From an uncultured candidate division Zixibacteria bacterium (GTDB lineage: Bacteria > Zixibacteria > MSB-5A5 > UBA10806), in assembly GCA_963801605.1 (NCBI GenBank), contig CAWDFP010000006.1:1728001-1792000 (forward strand): a stretch of 64,000 nucleotides of DNA, in the 5' to 3' direction. The notes under the pieces were generated by a model. It was not told where the DNA came from. It did not search any database and was given only the letters and a program-made list of their open reading frames with translations. Each line of letters starts with the position of its first letter. Position 1 is the stretch's first letter. This document shows positions 45,763 to 57,689 of the stretch, one piece after another. A program made the translations under genes and the position numbers.

Positions 45763-47113
45763 GTCCCGGTTAATCCATACTTTTTTAATCGTTTGGAGAG
45801 ATTGCCGCGATCCATTTTCAATATTCTGGCGGCCTCGGCGATGTTACCGTCGGCCTGGCGAAGAGTATCCTCTAAAAGTGCTTTTTCAAAGCGGCTGGCT
45901 TGCTCTCGAAAAGAGATAGGTTTAGCGGATTTTGATTCAGCGGCTTTCGAATCCGAGCCGGCTATAGCATCTTTGATATCGTGATCGGTAAGTAGCTCGC
46001 CCTGAGTCATGGCGGCGGCGCGTTCTATAATATTGCGTAGCTCCCGCACGTTGCCAGGCCAGTTGTATGCGCAGAGAACAGAGATAGCGGTTGGGCTCCA
46101 GACGAAACCTGGCATATCCCAGGGAATCGAGAAAGTGGCGAGCCAGAAGAGGAATATCGTCAGGACGTTCCCGAAGCGGCGGTACCATGACCGGAATTAC
46201 GTTCAGACGGAAATAGAGATCCTCGCGGAATCGTCCCTCTTTAGTTTCATTATGCAAATCCTTGTTTGAGGCCGAGACGATTCTGACATCGATCTTAATC
46301 TCTCGGGTAGAGCCAAGCCGCTGCACTACCGATGATTCTATGGCTCGAAGCAGCTTAGCCTGGTGCTCCGGGCGAAGCTCCGCGACTTCATCGAGAAACA
46401 GAGTGCCCCCATCGGCCAGCTCGAAACGACCCTTTCGGGAGGCCACCGCTCCGGTGAACGCGCCGCGCTCGTGGCCGAAGAGTTCCGATTCGAATAATTC
46501 ACCCGGAATAGCGGCGCAATTAACTGCCACAAACGGCCCGGTAGCTCGATCCGACGAAAAATGCAGGTAACGGGCCGCCATCTCTTTGCCCGCGCCCGGT
46601 TCGCCATAAATGAATACCCGGCTATCGGAAAGGCCGATTCGGGCGAGCTTATCGCGCAACTGCCGCATGGAATCGGATTGACCTATCATATCGTTTTGCA
46701 GGAGAAGTTGTTTGCGAAGTTTGTCGATCTCGGATTCAAGCTCGTACTGTCTGACGGCGTTCTGGGAATCGAGAAGCAGGCTGGCGGGATCGGGCGGTTT
46801 TTCAATGATATTGAAGGCACCCATTCTGGTAGCCTCGATGGCTTTTTTTATCGTTGCCTGCCCGCTCACGATAATCACTGGGGCAGTAACTCCGCTGGCT
46901 TTGAGCTCTTTGAATAGCTCCAGGCCGTCTATGTCCGGGAGTCCCAGATCGAGGATGATAAGATTATAGAAATGCGTTTTGGCGAGTTCCAGCGCCTGGC
47001 CTGCCCGAGCCGGCGCTCTGAGGACTAAATCCGTGATCGCGGTAGAGCGCCGAAAGTGATTCGACAATGGCTTTATCATCATCGATAATTAACACATCAT
47101 AATTTTTTGCCAT
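45759..47113 (-). CDS. sigma-54-dependent response regulator (NtrC/NtrX family); frameshifts near 47040 and 46110
   Basis: [13 protein letters not shown] receiver, [42 protein letters not shown], Fis-type HTH. Confidence 0.9.
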
Positions 47114-47382
47114 GATATATTCTATCCCGAACCGGCAACCATGTCAAATTATTTGGGGATAGTAAGGCATTAAGAACGCATCCGGTTAGTTAAAATATAT
47201 TCTATCCGATGAATCCTATAGGAAGAATTACTTGCATAGAAATGAAATCGGCATTAATTTGGAATCAACTGGAATATTAATTTCGGAGAGTGGGAAATTA
47301 GAGGATTTCTGATAGCATTGATGTTAAATTGTCCGTTGCAGATGAGCCTGTAACGAATTTAAGTTAAGAAAGATCTGAGCAA

Positions 47383-48426
47383 TTGATGACGGGAAATATT
47401 ACATACCGCCTTGCCCTTAAATCCGATTCTCTTGCCTGGGATAATTATGTTGATAGTCATCCCAAGCATACGTTTGCTCATCGCTGGGGATGGTGGCCGA
47501 TTCTCGAGAATTCGTTTGGGGTAAAACCGCGCTATATTATCGCCCAAAGACAGGATAAAATCGAGGGCATATTACCGGCGGTGCTCATGAAAAGCCGTCT
47601 GTTTGGCAAATATATTATCTCATTGCCGTGGCTGGATTATGGTGGGCCGCTGGCTCAAAGCGAGGATGTGGCGGCTGGCTTGGTTGAATTTCTGACTGAG
47701 ATCGCCAGGGAAGAGGATTGCCAGTTCGTGGAGCTTCGAGCGGTCAGGCATCGTATTGAGAATCTACATGAGAAAAATCAAAAATACGCTTTCATTTTCG
47801 ACCTAAATGGTACCGAGGATGATGTTTGGCAATCAATCGATGGTAAAGCCAAAAACCAGGTGCGGAAAGCGGCCAAATCCGGTCTTGAGCTTCAATTTGG
47901 CAAAATCGAGCTTTTGGATGAGTTTTATAAAATATTCTCCTGCAATATGCGTGACTTGGGTACGCCCGTATGGCCTAAATCGCTGTTTACTGAACAATTC
48001 CGCACTTTTCCCGCCGACACCGAAATAGCGTTAGTCAAATTGGGGAATATGCCGATAGCCACGGGTTTGATTATTCACTATCAAGATTATTCCACTGTTC
48101 CGTCAGCATCGGCATACCAGAAATATCTGAATTTAAGTCCCAATAATCTGCTTTACTGGGAAATTATCAAGCATTGCCATAATAGAGGCTCAAAGCAATT
48201 TGATTTTGGAAGAAGCTCCTTAAATGCGGGGACTTTCAAATTTAAGAAGCAATGGGTGAAAAATCCTCAGGAGCAGATCTGGCAATATAAACTCTTAAAG
48301 ACAAAGGAACTTCCTGAGTTAAATCCGTCAAATTCGAAGTTTCGTCTGGCTATCAGTATTTGGAAAAAATTACCGCTTCCTATTGCCAACGCCCTGGGAC
48401 CAAAAATCGTCACCAAGCTGCCTTAA
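47383..48426 (+). CDS. FemAB-related GNAT protein (PEP-CTERM/XrtA system-associated type)
   Basis: SRLFGKYIISLPWLDYGG, NMRDLGTP, PNNLLYW, FDFGRS...FKKQW, WKKLPLPIAN.LGPKI. Confidence 0.85.
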   Translation: MMTGNITYRLALKSDSLAWDNYVDSHPKHTFAHRWGWWPILENSFGVKPRYIIAQRQDKIEGILPAVLMKSRLFGKYIISLPWLDYGGPLAQSEDVAAGLVEFLTEIAREEDCQFVELRAVRHRIENLHEKNQKYAFIFDLNGTEDDVWQSIDGKAKNQVRKAAKSGLELQFGKIELLDEFYKIFSCNMRDLGTPVWPKSLFTEQFRTFPADTEIALVKLGNMPIATGLIIHYQDYSTVPSASAYQKYLNLSPNNLLYWEIIKHCHNRGSKQFDFGRSSLNAGTFKFKKQWVKNPQEQIWQYKLLKTKELPELNPSNSKFRLAISIWKKLPLPIANALGPKIVTKLP

Positions 48427-48493
48427 AATATTAATATTTCTATTTCAGTTTATAGCGGATAAATTGGGAATAACTTTTCTCAGGCTTATTTAA

Positions 48494-48977
48494 TTATTCG
48501 TCTATCCTGAATTTGGAATCGGCCATGTTTTCATGCCTGATCTCATCGACCGGCTGGCTTTTACCCGGACCGGCATAAAGCTTATCAGGCGCGTTGAATA
48601 CCAGGCCGTCAATCGATCCGATATTCTTGTAGGCATGCACCACTCCGGGCGGGACGATCACCGCGGTCATCACATCTTCGCCAAATTCATAGTGGCACTT
48701 CGCGCCATAGGACAGCGATCCCGGCCTGTTGTCCCATAAATAGAGCCTGAACGTTGACGGCCCCATAAAGCAGAAGAAATCGGATTGCTCCCGATGTTCA
48801 TGGGGTCCTCTGGTGATACCCGGCTTAGTCATTGAAATATAGCTCATGGCCGGGATAAAGCCCTCAGGCAGTTCATCGCTTCTGAACAACTCGGCCAGCC
48901 AACCGCGGGAGTCGAAATGCTTGTTTATGGGGGTAATGATTACTCCCGGGATTTCGCATTTTATCGTAATAGGTCAC
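48494..48977 (-). CDS. rmlC: dTDP-4-dehydrorhamnose 3,5-epimerase; +1 frameshift near 48960
   Basis: EIPGV...DSRGWLAELFR, RGPHEH, PPGVVHAY; probable GTG start at 48977. Confidence 0.85.
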
Positions 48978-49851
48978 CTCGGTTAGAATCCAGGAATTCA
49001 TAAAGCATGGGCCGAAAATGCCGCATGCTATTTAGCCCCAAATCCTTCAGACGTTTATTTTCTAAAGATGAATACCGCGGCCGTTTAGCCGGACGGGGGT
49101 ATTCATCGGTTGTACACGGCATTACTTCAACATCCAGTTTTAAGTAATCGAAAATATCTCTGGCGAACTGATACCACGATGTTTCACCCTCGGCGGTGCT
49201 ATGATAGATACCGTCCAGTTCATGCTCTATCATTATCTCAGTTTGCTTAACAACATCACTGGTCCAGGTTGGGTTTCCAATTTGGTCATTAACTATAGTT
49301 AATGGTTTTACCGGCGCCCCTTTTTGTTTATCGTTTAACTGATTTAATCCAGCCTTGATGATTGTTTTCGGGAAGTTCTTTCCTTTGGCGCCGTAAAGCC
49401 AGGCAATTCGTAAAATGCAGTATTTTTCCAGAGATTCGGCGATATATTTTTCAGCGGCAAGTTTGCTTTGCCCGTAAACTGTTTGAGGACAGGGTGTATC
49501 GGTTTCGATATAGGGCGAGGTCTTGTTGCCATCGAATATGTAATCGGTCGAATAGAATATTAGCCTGGCGCCGATTTCGTTGCACAACATCGCGATATTT
49601 TTGGTCACAATAGCGTTGGATTCCACAGCCATTTCTACATTGCTTTCGCAGCCATCGACATCGGTATAGGCAGCGGGATGAATTACAATGTCGGGCCTGA
49701 GGCTTTTGATGTATTCCGAAAGTCTGGCATTGTTTCGAAGATCAAGATCATTAATATCGATGCCTTTAATATCGTATTTTGACGATAGTCCAACCATTAA
49801 ATCAGAACCAAGTTGACCCTGGCAACCGGTCAGGAGAACCTTATAAGGCAT
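48961..49851 (-). CDS. rmlD: dTDP-4-dehydrorhamnose reductase
   Basis: [33 protein letters not shown]. Confidence 0.95.
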   Translation of the reverse strand: MPYKVLLTGCQGQLGSDLMVGLSSKYDIKGIDINDLDLRNNARLSEYIKSLRPDIVIHPAAYTDVDGCESNVEMAVESNAIVTKNIAMLCNEIGARLIFYSTDYIFDGNKTSPYIETDTPCPQTVYGQSKLAAEKYIAESLEKYCILRIAWLYGAKGKNFPKTIIKAGLNQLNDKQKGAPVKPLTIVNDQIGNPTWTSDVVKQTEIMIEHELDGIYHSTAEGETSWYQFARDIFDYLKLDVEVMPCTTDEYPRPAKRPRYSSLENKRLKDLGLNSMRHFRPMLYEFLDSNRGDLLR

Positions 49852-50731
49852 CGTCGACTTCCTCGATAACCTTAAGAAGATACTGCTTGTATTCATTATT
49901 GGCCATGTTGGCGGCTAATTCCTGAACCTGTTTACGATTTATGAATCGCATTCTATAGGCTATTTCCTCGATACAAGCTATTTTCAGGCCCTGCCTTTTT
50001 TCGATCGTCGCTATGAAATTGCTGGCATCGAGCATACTCTCATGAGTGCCGGTATCGAGCCAGGCAATGCCCCGTCCAAGTTTCACAACTTTCAGTTTTC
50101 CCTGTTCCAGATAGGCCTTGTTGACATCGGTAATTTCAAGTTCGCCTCTGCCTGACGGTTTGAGATTCCTGACGATATCGATGACGCTATTATCATAAAT
50201 ATATAACCCGGTGACCGCATAGTTCGATTTGGGGACTTTAGGTTTTTCCTCAATCGAAATTACGCGGCCCATATCGTCAAACTCGACAACTCCGTAGCGT
50301 TCGGGGTCTTTAACATAATATCCGAAAACCATGGCGCCGGTTCTGAAATCAGTTGCTTCGCGTAGAAAATTATAGGAGCCATAGAAAATGTTATCTCCTA
50401 GAATTAAAACGACATTATCTTTTCCGATAAATTCCTCACCGAGTAAAAAAGCCTGAGCGATACCGGCGGGACGCTCCTGAACTTTATATGTAATATTGAG
50501 GCCAAGTTTATGACCATCGGAAAGAAGTTCTTCATAACGGCGAATATCGGTGGGTGTCGAAATCAGGAGTATTTCCGTTACGCCGGCCATTATAAGCGTC
50601 GAGAGGGGATAGTACACCATGGGCTTGTCATACACCGGCAAAAGCTGCTTACTGGCGACCTGGGTGACCGGATATAGTCGGGTTCCACTTCCGCCCGCCA
50701 GAATTATTCCTTTATTCAAAGGCCCGCTCAT
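49841..50731 (-). CDS. rmlA: glucose-1-phosphate thymidylyltransferase
   Basis: [38 protein letters not shown]. Confidence 0.97.
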   Translation of the reverse strand: MSGPLNKGIILAGGSGTRLYPVTQVASKQLLPVYDKPMVYYPLSTLIMAGVTEILLISTPTDIRRYEELLSDGHKLGLNITYKVQERPAGIAQAFLLGEEFIGKDNVVLILGDNIFYGSYNFLREATDFRTGAMVFGYYVKDPERYGVVEFDDMGRVISIEEKPKVPKSNYAVTGLYIYDNSVIDIVRNLKPSGRGELEITDVNKAYLEQGKLKVVKLGRGIAWLDTGTHESMLDASNFIATIEKRQGLKIACIEEIAYRMRFINRKQVQELAANMANNEYKQYLLKVIEEVDDAL

Positions 50732-50744
50732 TGACACTCCTTAT

Positions 50745-51809
50745 TTATCGCTCATGATATTGTTTGGCGTAATACTCCAGATATTTGCCGCTGATACAGC
50801 TATAGAGCCATTCCTCATTGTCGAGATACCAATTGACTGTTTTAAGCAATCCTTCCTCAAACGAATAACTCGGTTTCCAGCCAAGCTCCGTTTCGATCAA
50901 AGAAGCGTCTATGGCATATCGTCGGTCATGCCCGAGACGGTCTTTAACGTAGGTTATCAGGCTCTGGCGGTTTTTATCACCCTTGATCCGATCGATTATC
51001 CGGCATATATCACTAACTATTTGGATATTTTCTATCTCGTTGCGTCCGCCGATATTATATGTTTCCCCCGATTTGCCTTTTTGAAAAACCAAATCCAGGG
51101 CGCTGCAATGATCCTCGACGAATAACCAGTCCCGAATATTTTTGCCGTCACCATAAACCGGAATAGGAATTCCAGCCATGGCATTTCTAATTACCAGGGG
51201 AATGAGCTTTTCGGGAAATTGATAGGGTCCATAGTTATTGGAGCAGTTGGTAGTGACTGTATCGAGGCCGTAGGTATGATGATAAGCGCGCACCAGATGA
51301 TCTGCGGATGCCTTAGAGGCTGAATAGGGGGAATTAGGATTATAAGGCGTTGATTCCGTAAAATATCCGGTTGTGCCAAGCGAGCCAAATACCTCGTCGG
51401 TCGATACTTGATGGAATCTAAAACCCTTACCAGCGGCAGTGATTATTCGGGCAATCTCCAATAAGTTAAAGGTCCCCAGAATATTGGTGGTGATAAATTC
51501 AGCAGGACCGATTATCGAGCGGTCCACGTGAGATTCGGCGGCCAGATGAATAACTCCGTCAATCTCATATTTGTTAAAGCAGTTTTGAAGGCTATCGAAA
51601 TCGCGAATATCGATTTTCTCAAAAATGTAATTCCGGGAAACTTCAATCGGTTTAAGATTAGAAAGATTACCGGCATAAGTTAGCATATCGATATTGACAA
51701 ACAGGTTTTCGGGATAGCGAGGCACCAAATATAAAAGCAGGTTGCTTCCTATAAAGCCCGCCCCGCCTGTAATTGCTATCCGCCTTTTAAATTGACTAAT
51801 GTCTTTCAT
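50745..51809 (-). CDS. rmlB: dTDP-glucose 4,6-dehydratase
   Basis: TGGAGFIG, AAESHVDRSI, STDEVFG, YSASK, GHDRRYA. Confidence 0.97.
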   Translation of the reverse strand: MKDISQFKRRIAITGGAGFIGSNLLLYLVPRYPENLFVNIDMLTYAGNLSNLKPIEVSRNYIFEKIDIRDFDSLQNCFNKYEIDGVIHLAAESHVDRSIIGPAEFITTNILGTFNLLEIARIITAAGKGFRFHQVSTDEVFGSLGTTGYFTESTPYNPNSPYSASKASADHLVRAYHHTYGLDTVTTNCSNNYGPYQFPEKLIPLVIRNAMAGIPIPVYGDGKNIRDWLFVEDHCSALDLVFQKGKSGETYNIGGRNEIENIQIVSDICRIIDRIKGDKNRQSLITYVKDRLGHDRRYAIDASLIETELGWKPSYSFEEGLLKTVNWYLDNEEWLYSCISGKYLEYYAKQYHER

Positions 51810-51824
51810 GCTTTCCCAATATCG

Positions 51825-52757
51825 CTATTTAACATTGCCCAAATTACCGATTAATTTCCGATAATATATTTGATAGTCGTATTCCCGATTCTTTTTAATA
51901 AGCTTCCCTAAAGAGGCAATTAAATATGACCAGCTAAAGAAAAGCAAGTAAACAAATTTTAATAAAATAAGCTCCAGAGGGAAAAACTTTTTGAAATAAA
52001 TCATTCTGCTTTTTATGAAATTCAAATCAGAATCGAGATCGCCTCGTTTAGCGCGACTTTTGCCGAGAAGATGAATAACGCTAACGCCCGGCAGATAATA
52101 GCTTTTGAGTCCCGCTTTTTTGAAACGCGTAAAATAGTCGTTTTCCTCGGAAAAAAGAAAATATTCCTCGCCAAGCAAACCGATGTTATCGATAACCTGC
52201 CGCCTGATCAGCAGGCAAGCTGCGGACAATATTTCTTTCCGAATGGGCTTTTCGCCCGAGATTATTTGAGGATTATTTTCGCTGAGTAAAAATCGAAAAA
52301 TGCCCTTGAATGGATGAAAATGATAAACCAGGCAGTACTTTGTTTCATTCCACAAGGAAGGCAGCGCCTTGAGGGGAAGCTGAGGTCTCCCGTCCTCATA
52401 AGTTAATCTCGGAGCGACGGCGCTGATGTCGGGGTTATCATTCAAATACCTGACTAAATCCCTTAACGAATTAGGTGGAATTATTGTGTCGGTATTTAAG
52501 AGAAGGTAATAATTTCCAACCGCTTTGGATAATATTTGATTGTTGGCGCGGGCAAATCCGACGTTCTCGTTGTTTTCGATCAGTATTACTTCCGGGAACT
52601 CCCGCTTGATCATTTCAACCGAGCCATCCTCAGAATGGTTGTCTACGATCCAGATTTCATGATCGATATCGCAGACCTCAGCGATTAATGTTTTAAGGCA
52701 ATCTCGGGTGAGATCCTTGGTATTCCAGTTTACCAGGGCTATAATGAGTTCAGGCAT
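51825..52757 (-). CDS. glycosyltransferase family 2 (rhamnosyltransferase-like)
   Basis: VNWNT, VDNHSEDGS, NVGFARANN, LLNTD. Confidence 0.88.
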   Translation of the reverse strand: MPELIIALVNWNTKDLTRDCLKTLIAEVCDIDHEIWIVDNHSEDGSVEMIKREFPEVILIENNENVGFARANNQILSKAVGNYYLLLNTDTIIPPNSLRDLVRYLNDNPDISAVAPRLTYEDGRPQLPLKALPSLWNETKYCLVYHFHPFKGIFRFLLSENNPQIISGEKPIRKEILSAACLLIRRQVIDNIGLLGEEYFLFSEENDYFTRFKKAGLKSYYLPGVSVIHLLGKSRAKRGDLDSDLNFIKSRMIYFKKFFPLELILLKFVYLLFFSWSYLIASLGKLIKKNREYDYQIYYRKLIGNLGNVK

Positions 52758-53697
52758 TTGATTTGCTCAGCAGCCAATCCCTGGCGGCCTCGATGAGACT
52801 CTGAGACGAATCCGGCCGCGAGAATGTATGATCGGCTTTATCGATCCGGCATATCGAATAACCATCCTGATATTCGCTGTGCTCTTTTAATATCGGCATA
52901 AAATATTTATCGAAATCGTAAGTGGCCCGATCCAACTCAGGAAGAATAAAGAAAGTCTTTTGTCCCATTTTGACAGATTTTTCGAAAGCCTGATAGAAAA
53001 TGGTATTAAAGACCTCACCCTTGCTCTGACCTGTTTCGCGTTTTTCGATATGTTGATTGGTATCAACTTTGGGCCGTGACATTTTGTTGGCAGCCTTGAC
53101 CTTAATGGCATTAAACAAATCCTTGTATGACGTCTTGCCGCTAACGAATCTCGCCCAGGATTTGATATTAAGCGCTTTTAAGATATATCCCTTCATAAAG
53201 ACATCGGCCTCGAAAGGATGCATCGTAGTTAGCTCCTCTTCCGAGGAAAGATTTACAGGCCCCGCGATAAAGATAACGCCATTGATACTTTTATCTTTAG
53301 CCGCGGTCAGGACCGCAGTAAGCGCCCCGCCGCAGAGACCGTATAAGAAGATAAATTTGGGTTTGAAATTGTTTTTGCAATAGTCGACAAGTTGCAGGGT
53401 ATCATCCATGAAAAGACCGGTTTGGACTTCATCAAACACATCTAGAGCTCGTCCGCCGGGGAGGTCGCCCTGGCTGTAACCAACCCTGGATGTATCGCAT
53501 CGGACCACAGTCAAACCGCTATCCTGCAAGACGCGCGCCTGGCGTACGAACAACCGCGAATGGCACACCCTATAGTGCAATCCGATATTGCACATGATAA
53601 CCAATCCCCCATTGGATGATTGGGGAGGATGGACTATTCCGTAAAGCGATTCTCCGGCCTTGTTTTTCAGAGATATAGTAGTTTGATTAAAATTCAT
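52750..53697 (-). CDS. alpha/beta hydrolase-fold protein, exosortase-associated hydrolase-1 type
   Basis: GLHYRV...R, GYSQGD, GLCGGA elbow, ADHTFS. Confidence 0.75.
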   Translation of the reverse strand: MNFNQTTISLKNKAGESLYGIVHPPQSSNGGLVIMCNIGLHYRVCHSRLFVRQARVLQDSGLTVVRCDTSRVGYSQGDLPGGRALDVFDEVQTGLFMDDTLQLVDYCKNNFKPKFIFLYGLCGGALTAVLTAAKDKSINGVIFIAGPVNLSSEEELTTMHPFEADVFMKGYILKALNIKSWARFVSGKTSYKDLFNAIKVKAANKMSRPKVDTNQHIEKRETGQSKGEVFNTIFYQAFEKSVKMGQKTFFILPELDRATYDFDKYFMPILKEHSEYQDGYSICRIDKADHTFSRPDSSQSLIEAARDWLLSKSNA

Positions 53698-54538
53698 TCG
53701 TTTTTATAAAGTTAATAGTTTCGTTAAACAAAATAGGAGGCGCCGGCTGCCATATTTCGGTTTTTTCCCATTCGAACTCTTTGGGCACATGTATTACCTG
53801 TGACGATGAAAACAAAGCCTGCAATTTTTCGTAATCAGGACCGATTTTTTTATCTGGATATTTGGATATTTGCACTATCAGAGCACTATTGGCGAAATCG
53901 TATTTTCGATCAATCAATTTTAGCCGTTTGGCCGATTTATAAAACTCCGAGGTGACCGTATAACCCTCGATACCAACCGTTCCACCGGCTTCGAGGTCTT
54001 TTGCAAGCTCCTCTCGATTTTTTAATACTTTTCCCGAAACCAGCATTTGGGCGGCGATATTCAATCTTAAAAACTCGTATAGATGCTTCTCAGTATCGAT
54101 AATTGGTTCCCATAGAATCAGCAAATTCGGTGATAAAACATCGGCCAATTGCGCCGCCAGAGTGGCGCCCCATCTGAGTCCCAGGATTCCGACTTTCTCG
54201 AGCGAGCATTTATCCTGAAAGAATTTATAGACGAATTTAATATCATCGAGGCGGTCGTCGAATGTAGCATCCTCGAAATTTCCCTCGCTATCGCCGTCGC
54301 CATAATAATCGAACATTATAGCGGCGATGCCCAGCGACGCCAGAGCTCTGGCAAACGATACCATGACTCTGACAGTTCGTACTTTTTCCTCGGCAACGGG
54401 ACTGCACATCACGATCCCCGACTTTGCATTCCCTTTTGGCAAATAGAGGGAATAGAAGAGATGTTTACTATCCCTGATACAATAATTTTGTTCTTCAACA
54501 ATATTATTATTGGGAGAATTTATATTTTTGAAATCCAT
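53687..54538 (-). CDS. alpha/beta hydrolase-fold protein, exosortase-associated hydrolase-2 type
   Basis: PVAEEK, FDYYGDGDSEG, GLRWGA elbow, LWEPI. Confidence 0.75.
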   Translation of the reverse strand: MDFKNINSPNNNIVEEQNYCIRDSKHLFYSLYLPKGNAKSGIVMCSPVAEEKVRTVRVMVSFARALASLGIAAIMFDYYGDGDSEGNFEDATFDDRLDDIKFVYKFFQDKCSLEKVGILGLRWGATLAAQLADVLSPNLLILWEPIIDTEKHLYEFLRLNIAAQMLVSGKVLKNREELAKDLEAGGTVGIEGYTVTSEFYKSAKRLKLIDRKYDFANSALIVQISKYPDKKIGPDYEKLQALFSSSQVIHVPKEFEWEKTEIWQPAPPILFNETINFIKTNEF

Positions 54539-54566
54539 CTATTTGAATACTTTACTAATATTACGA

Positions 54567-55319
54567 TTAAAGATAAGGATTTAGTACCTCGGCCATAACC
54601 TTATATCCATTTTCGTTTGGATGGATATCATCACGAGCCAGATCATTTTTCAAGTAACCATTTTCGTCGGCCATAGCGGAATAATAATCTACCAGGACCA
54701 GGCCGTTATCCGAAGCCAACTTTCTGATATTATCGTTAAAGCGTCTAACATGATCGGATATACTATAACTTTCATACTTTTCGGCATTCTTAGTGGCGGG
54801 AATTACTGTGGCCAGAAGCGGCTTTATACCTCTGCGAACGGCCGTTGTAACCATCATTTCATATTCGGCAAGCATTCTGTCATCATCGGCCGGAGCTGTA
54901 AAATTGCCTGAGCAGAATTTAATTACTACCTGTCCCGGCTCCAGTTGTAGAACATCGGACGCAAATCTTGCCAATAGCTGAGTGTCGGATTGAGAACCTA
55001 TTCCGCGATTGAGCACATTACTGGTCTTTAGATATTTGGCCATGTCCCAATTTTTGGTTATCGATGCCCCAAAGAGGACAGTCATTGCTTTCCGTTGCTG
55101 CGGAGTATATGTCGATAGTATTTTTTGATTATCAGCAGCATAAACCGAAATACCGCCGAAATCCGACTTCAAAGCTTCTGCCTGGGCTGTGGAATTTTTA
55201 AGATATCCCTGGAATGTTATCAATTCCTGCCTTAATTTAAACGCCTTGAATGCAAAATAAACTCCGAGCAGATCGCCGGCTAAGAGCAACGCAATTATTA
55301 TGACAACGACAGTCTTCAA
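54567..55319 (-). CDS. membrane-anchored SGNH/GDSL family protein
   Basis: N-terminal TM; FGASIT, NRGIG, DDIHPNENGY. Confidence 0.85.
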   Translation of the reverse strand: MKTVVVIIIALLLAGDLLGVYFAFKAFKLRQELITFQGYLKNSTAQAEALKSDFGGISVYAADNQKILSTYTPQQRKAMTVLFGASITKNWDMAKYLKTSNVLNRGIGSQSDTQLLARFASDVLQLEPGQVVIKFCSGNFTAPADDDRMLAEYEMMVTTAVRRGIKPLLATVIPATKNAEKYESYSISDHVRRFNDNIRKLASDNGLVLVDYYSAMADENGYLKNDLARDDIHPNENGYKVMAEVLNPYL

Positions 55320-55508
55320 CTTTATTCCTCACTGCTTAAATCAGAATGCAAAACCATCATGAAAATCGTCACGGTTCAATCTGGCGGTCAGGCCAGTTGC
55401 ATTTATTATACTATTATTTATATCTATGTTCAATAGCAAATTATCTGCAAAAACCATCGATGATATAGAGGCAATCCTATTAATGTTGATGAATCCTTAA
55501 AAAGATAA

Positions 55509-55582
55509 TAGCGGCGCAGGGATTCGAACCCCGGACACGAGGATTATGATTCCTCTGCTCTGACCAGCTGAGCTACGCCGCC
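55509..55582 (-). tRNA. tRNA-Met(CAT), elongator type
   Basis: reverse complement GGCGGCGTAGCTCAGCTGG...AATCATAATCC...GGTTCGAATCCCTGCGCCGCTA; paired 1:72 position. Confidence 0.93.
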
Positions 55583-55783
55583 ATAAAATACTATTATCGG
55601 ACAAAAGACCGACTCGCCTAATTTATAGGAAAGCTTTCTCTTGTCAAGGCAAAATCGCCGAGGAAAGGATAGGGACTTTTTAATTTCAAGTATCATTCTT
55701 GCCCAAATATTTCCTTGACAGAACTGTATTATAGAGCATAATTACTATGTTGATTTGGTTTAAATCGATTTTACGGAGGATTT

Positions 55784-57572
55784 ATGCGATTTCGGATAGC
55801 CTTTGTAATTACTTTATTGGCTCTGTTTCACACAGACGGCAAGTCGGCTACGGTTACCATGTCCGGCATCCACGACTATTCACCGTCCGATTTGATAGTG
55901 CTTGATACGGTCTCGTCGCAGAGAGATCTGGGGTTTGGCTTAGGACTAATGCGGGGTGACCAGATTACATTTTTGGTGCGTTATGCTAATCTGAATGCCC
56001 TTAATATCCCTTTGGGGGATTCAGCTCTTTCGGCCGGATTTTCAATCCTCGATGGCGAAGCCACCCTTTTAGAAATCGACAGTATCGTTGCCAGCGCCTT
56101 TGCGGAAACATCATGCGCAGTCAATTCGCAAACCGATTCGCTGGTGGTCCGCCTTTTGCGAGGAGAAAATTCCGATCCGCTGGTGTTTTATCGTCCTTGC
56201 CTAATGATAACCGACGATATGCCTCCAAACGTCTATTGCCGACCTGGAAGTGACCGAACGACGTTCTCATTCCCTGGTCCTGGCCTGGAGCGCTCCGGGT
56301 GACGATAGTGTTTCGGGTACGGCGGCAGCATACCAGATGAAATATTCGATCCTGCCAGTTGAGAGCGACACCGGTCTTTGGTGGAATGAAGCCATCGCCG
56401 TGATCGATCTTCCGGATCCGGCTCCTGCGGGGACCAGGCAAAGCATAACTGTGTCGGGGCTCGATACGAGCACAATCTATAATTTTATATTGGTGAGTTA
56501 TGACGAACTTGGAAATCGCTCCGGTTATTCCGTTGCCGCCACGGATACAACTCTGCCAAGTCCGACTGAAAATTTCTGTCTGAGTTTTGGGGGAGCCCAA
56601 TTTGCTGAGGTGCCGTTCGATTCCAACCTGAATGTGGGATCAAACCAAATGACCATGGAGGCCTGGTTTTATCTCGATAGCGATGCCGGGACAGATCACG
56701 CATCGATAATCGACAAGGCGCCGCCGGGCCATACTATGCCATTTTATCAGTACAATATGGGGCCCGCCAACCGGACAGACTTCTTTGCGCAGGTGGCCAT
56801 CGATGGACGCTATTCACCGTTTGAGGAGTACAATGTGGTTCAAACTGCCACCTGGACTCATGCCGCCCTTACATTTGATGGCGAATACCGTACATTATAT
56901 TTAAATGGACAGTTGATCTCAAGGGTTCACGATCCGGGGAGGCTCGACAGCTACGATACCGGTTTGAGAATTGGAGCGCTTAAGAATCTTCTTACGTGGT
57001 TTTTTGATGGTAATATCGATGAGGTCAGGATCTGGAATGTTGCCAGAACGCAGGAAGAGATATTACAAACCATGAATCATTCGCTCGAGGGAACCGAGGC
57101 GGGCCTGGTTGCCTACTGGGATTTTAACGATGGCGATGGCCAGGTCATTTTCGATAAGGGGCAAAATCATATCAACGGTTACCTGGGCAGTTTGCCCGAT
57201 TCTGACGCGTACGATCCACAGCGGGTGATATCTACAGCGCCGATAGATTCAGTGCTGGATGCTATTCCCGGAGACAATCAATCATCTATCCTTAAAGCGC
57301 CGTTTGCCGGCACGAATTATCCTAATCCCTTCAACGGCGAAACCAGGATTACATTCGGCCTTCCCAAAGATTCGTATGTCAGCCTCGAGATATATGATAT
57401 GCTTGGACGGAACGTCAAGACGCTCATTAGCAGCCCAATGAATAGTGGCAGCCATGATATCGTCTGGAACGGGCTATCCGATGTGGGAGAGATCCTGTCA
57501 TCGGGAATATACTTCTACCGTCTCAAGACAACCGATTTCGAGCAAACTCGAAAAATGCTGATGCTCAAATAG
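55784..57572 (+). CDS. secreted FN3 + LamG protein with FlgD-Ig/T9SS-like C-terminal domain; +1 frameshift near 56227
   Basis: signal peptide; WSAPGDD FN3; FDGNIDEVRIWNVART LamG; NYPNPFN...SGIYFYRL...RKMLMLK. Confidence 0.85.
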
Positions 57573-57578
57573 GCGTTA

Positions 57579-57613
57579 GCGCCGCTGGGATATATTCCCG
57601 GCGGCGTTTTTTT
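57579..57613 (+). terminator. intrinsic terminator
   Basis: GCGCCGCTGGGA...TCCCGGCGGCGT followed by a T run. Confidence 0.8.
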
Positions 57614-57689
57614 ATCGTTTAACAGAGAACTTTAGCTACATAAAACTATGTTATATAGAATTATGACCGGAAATTAATATTTCAGCTAA

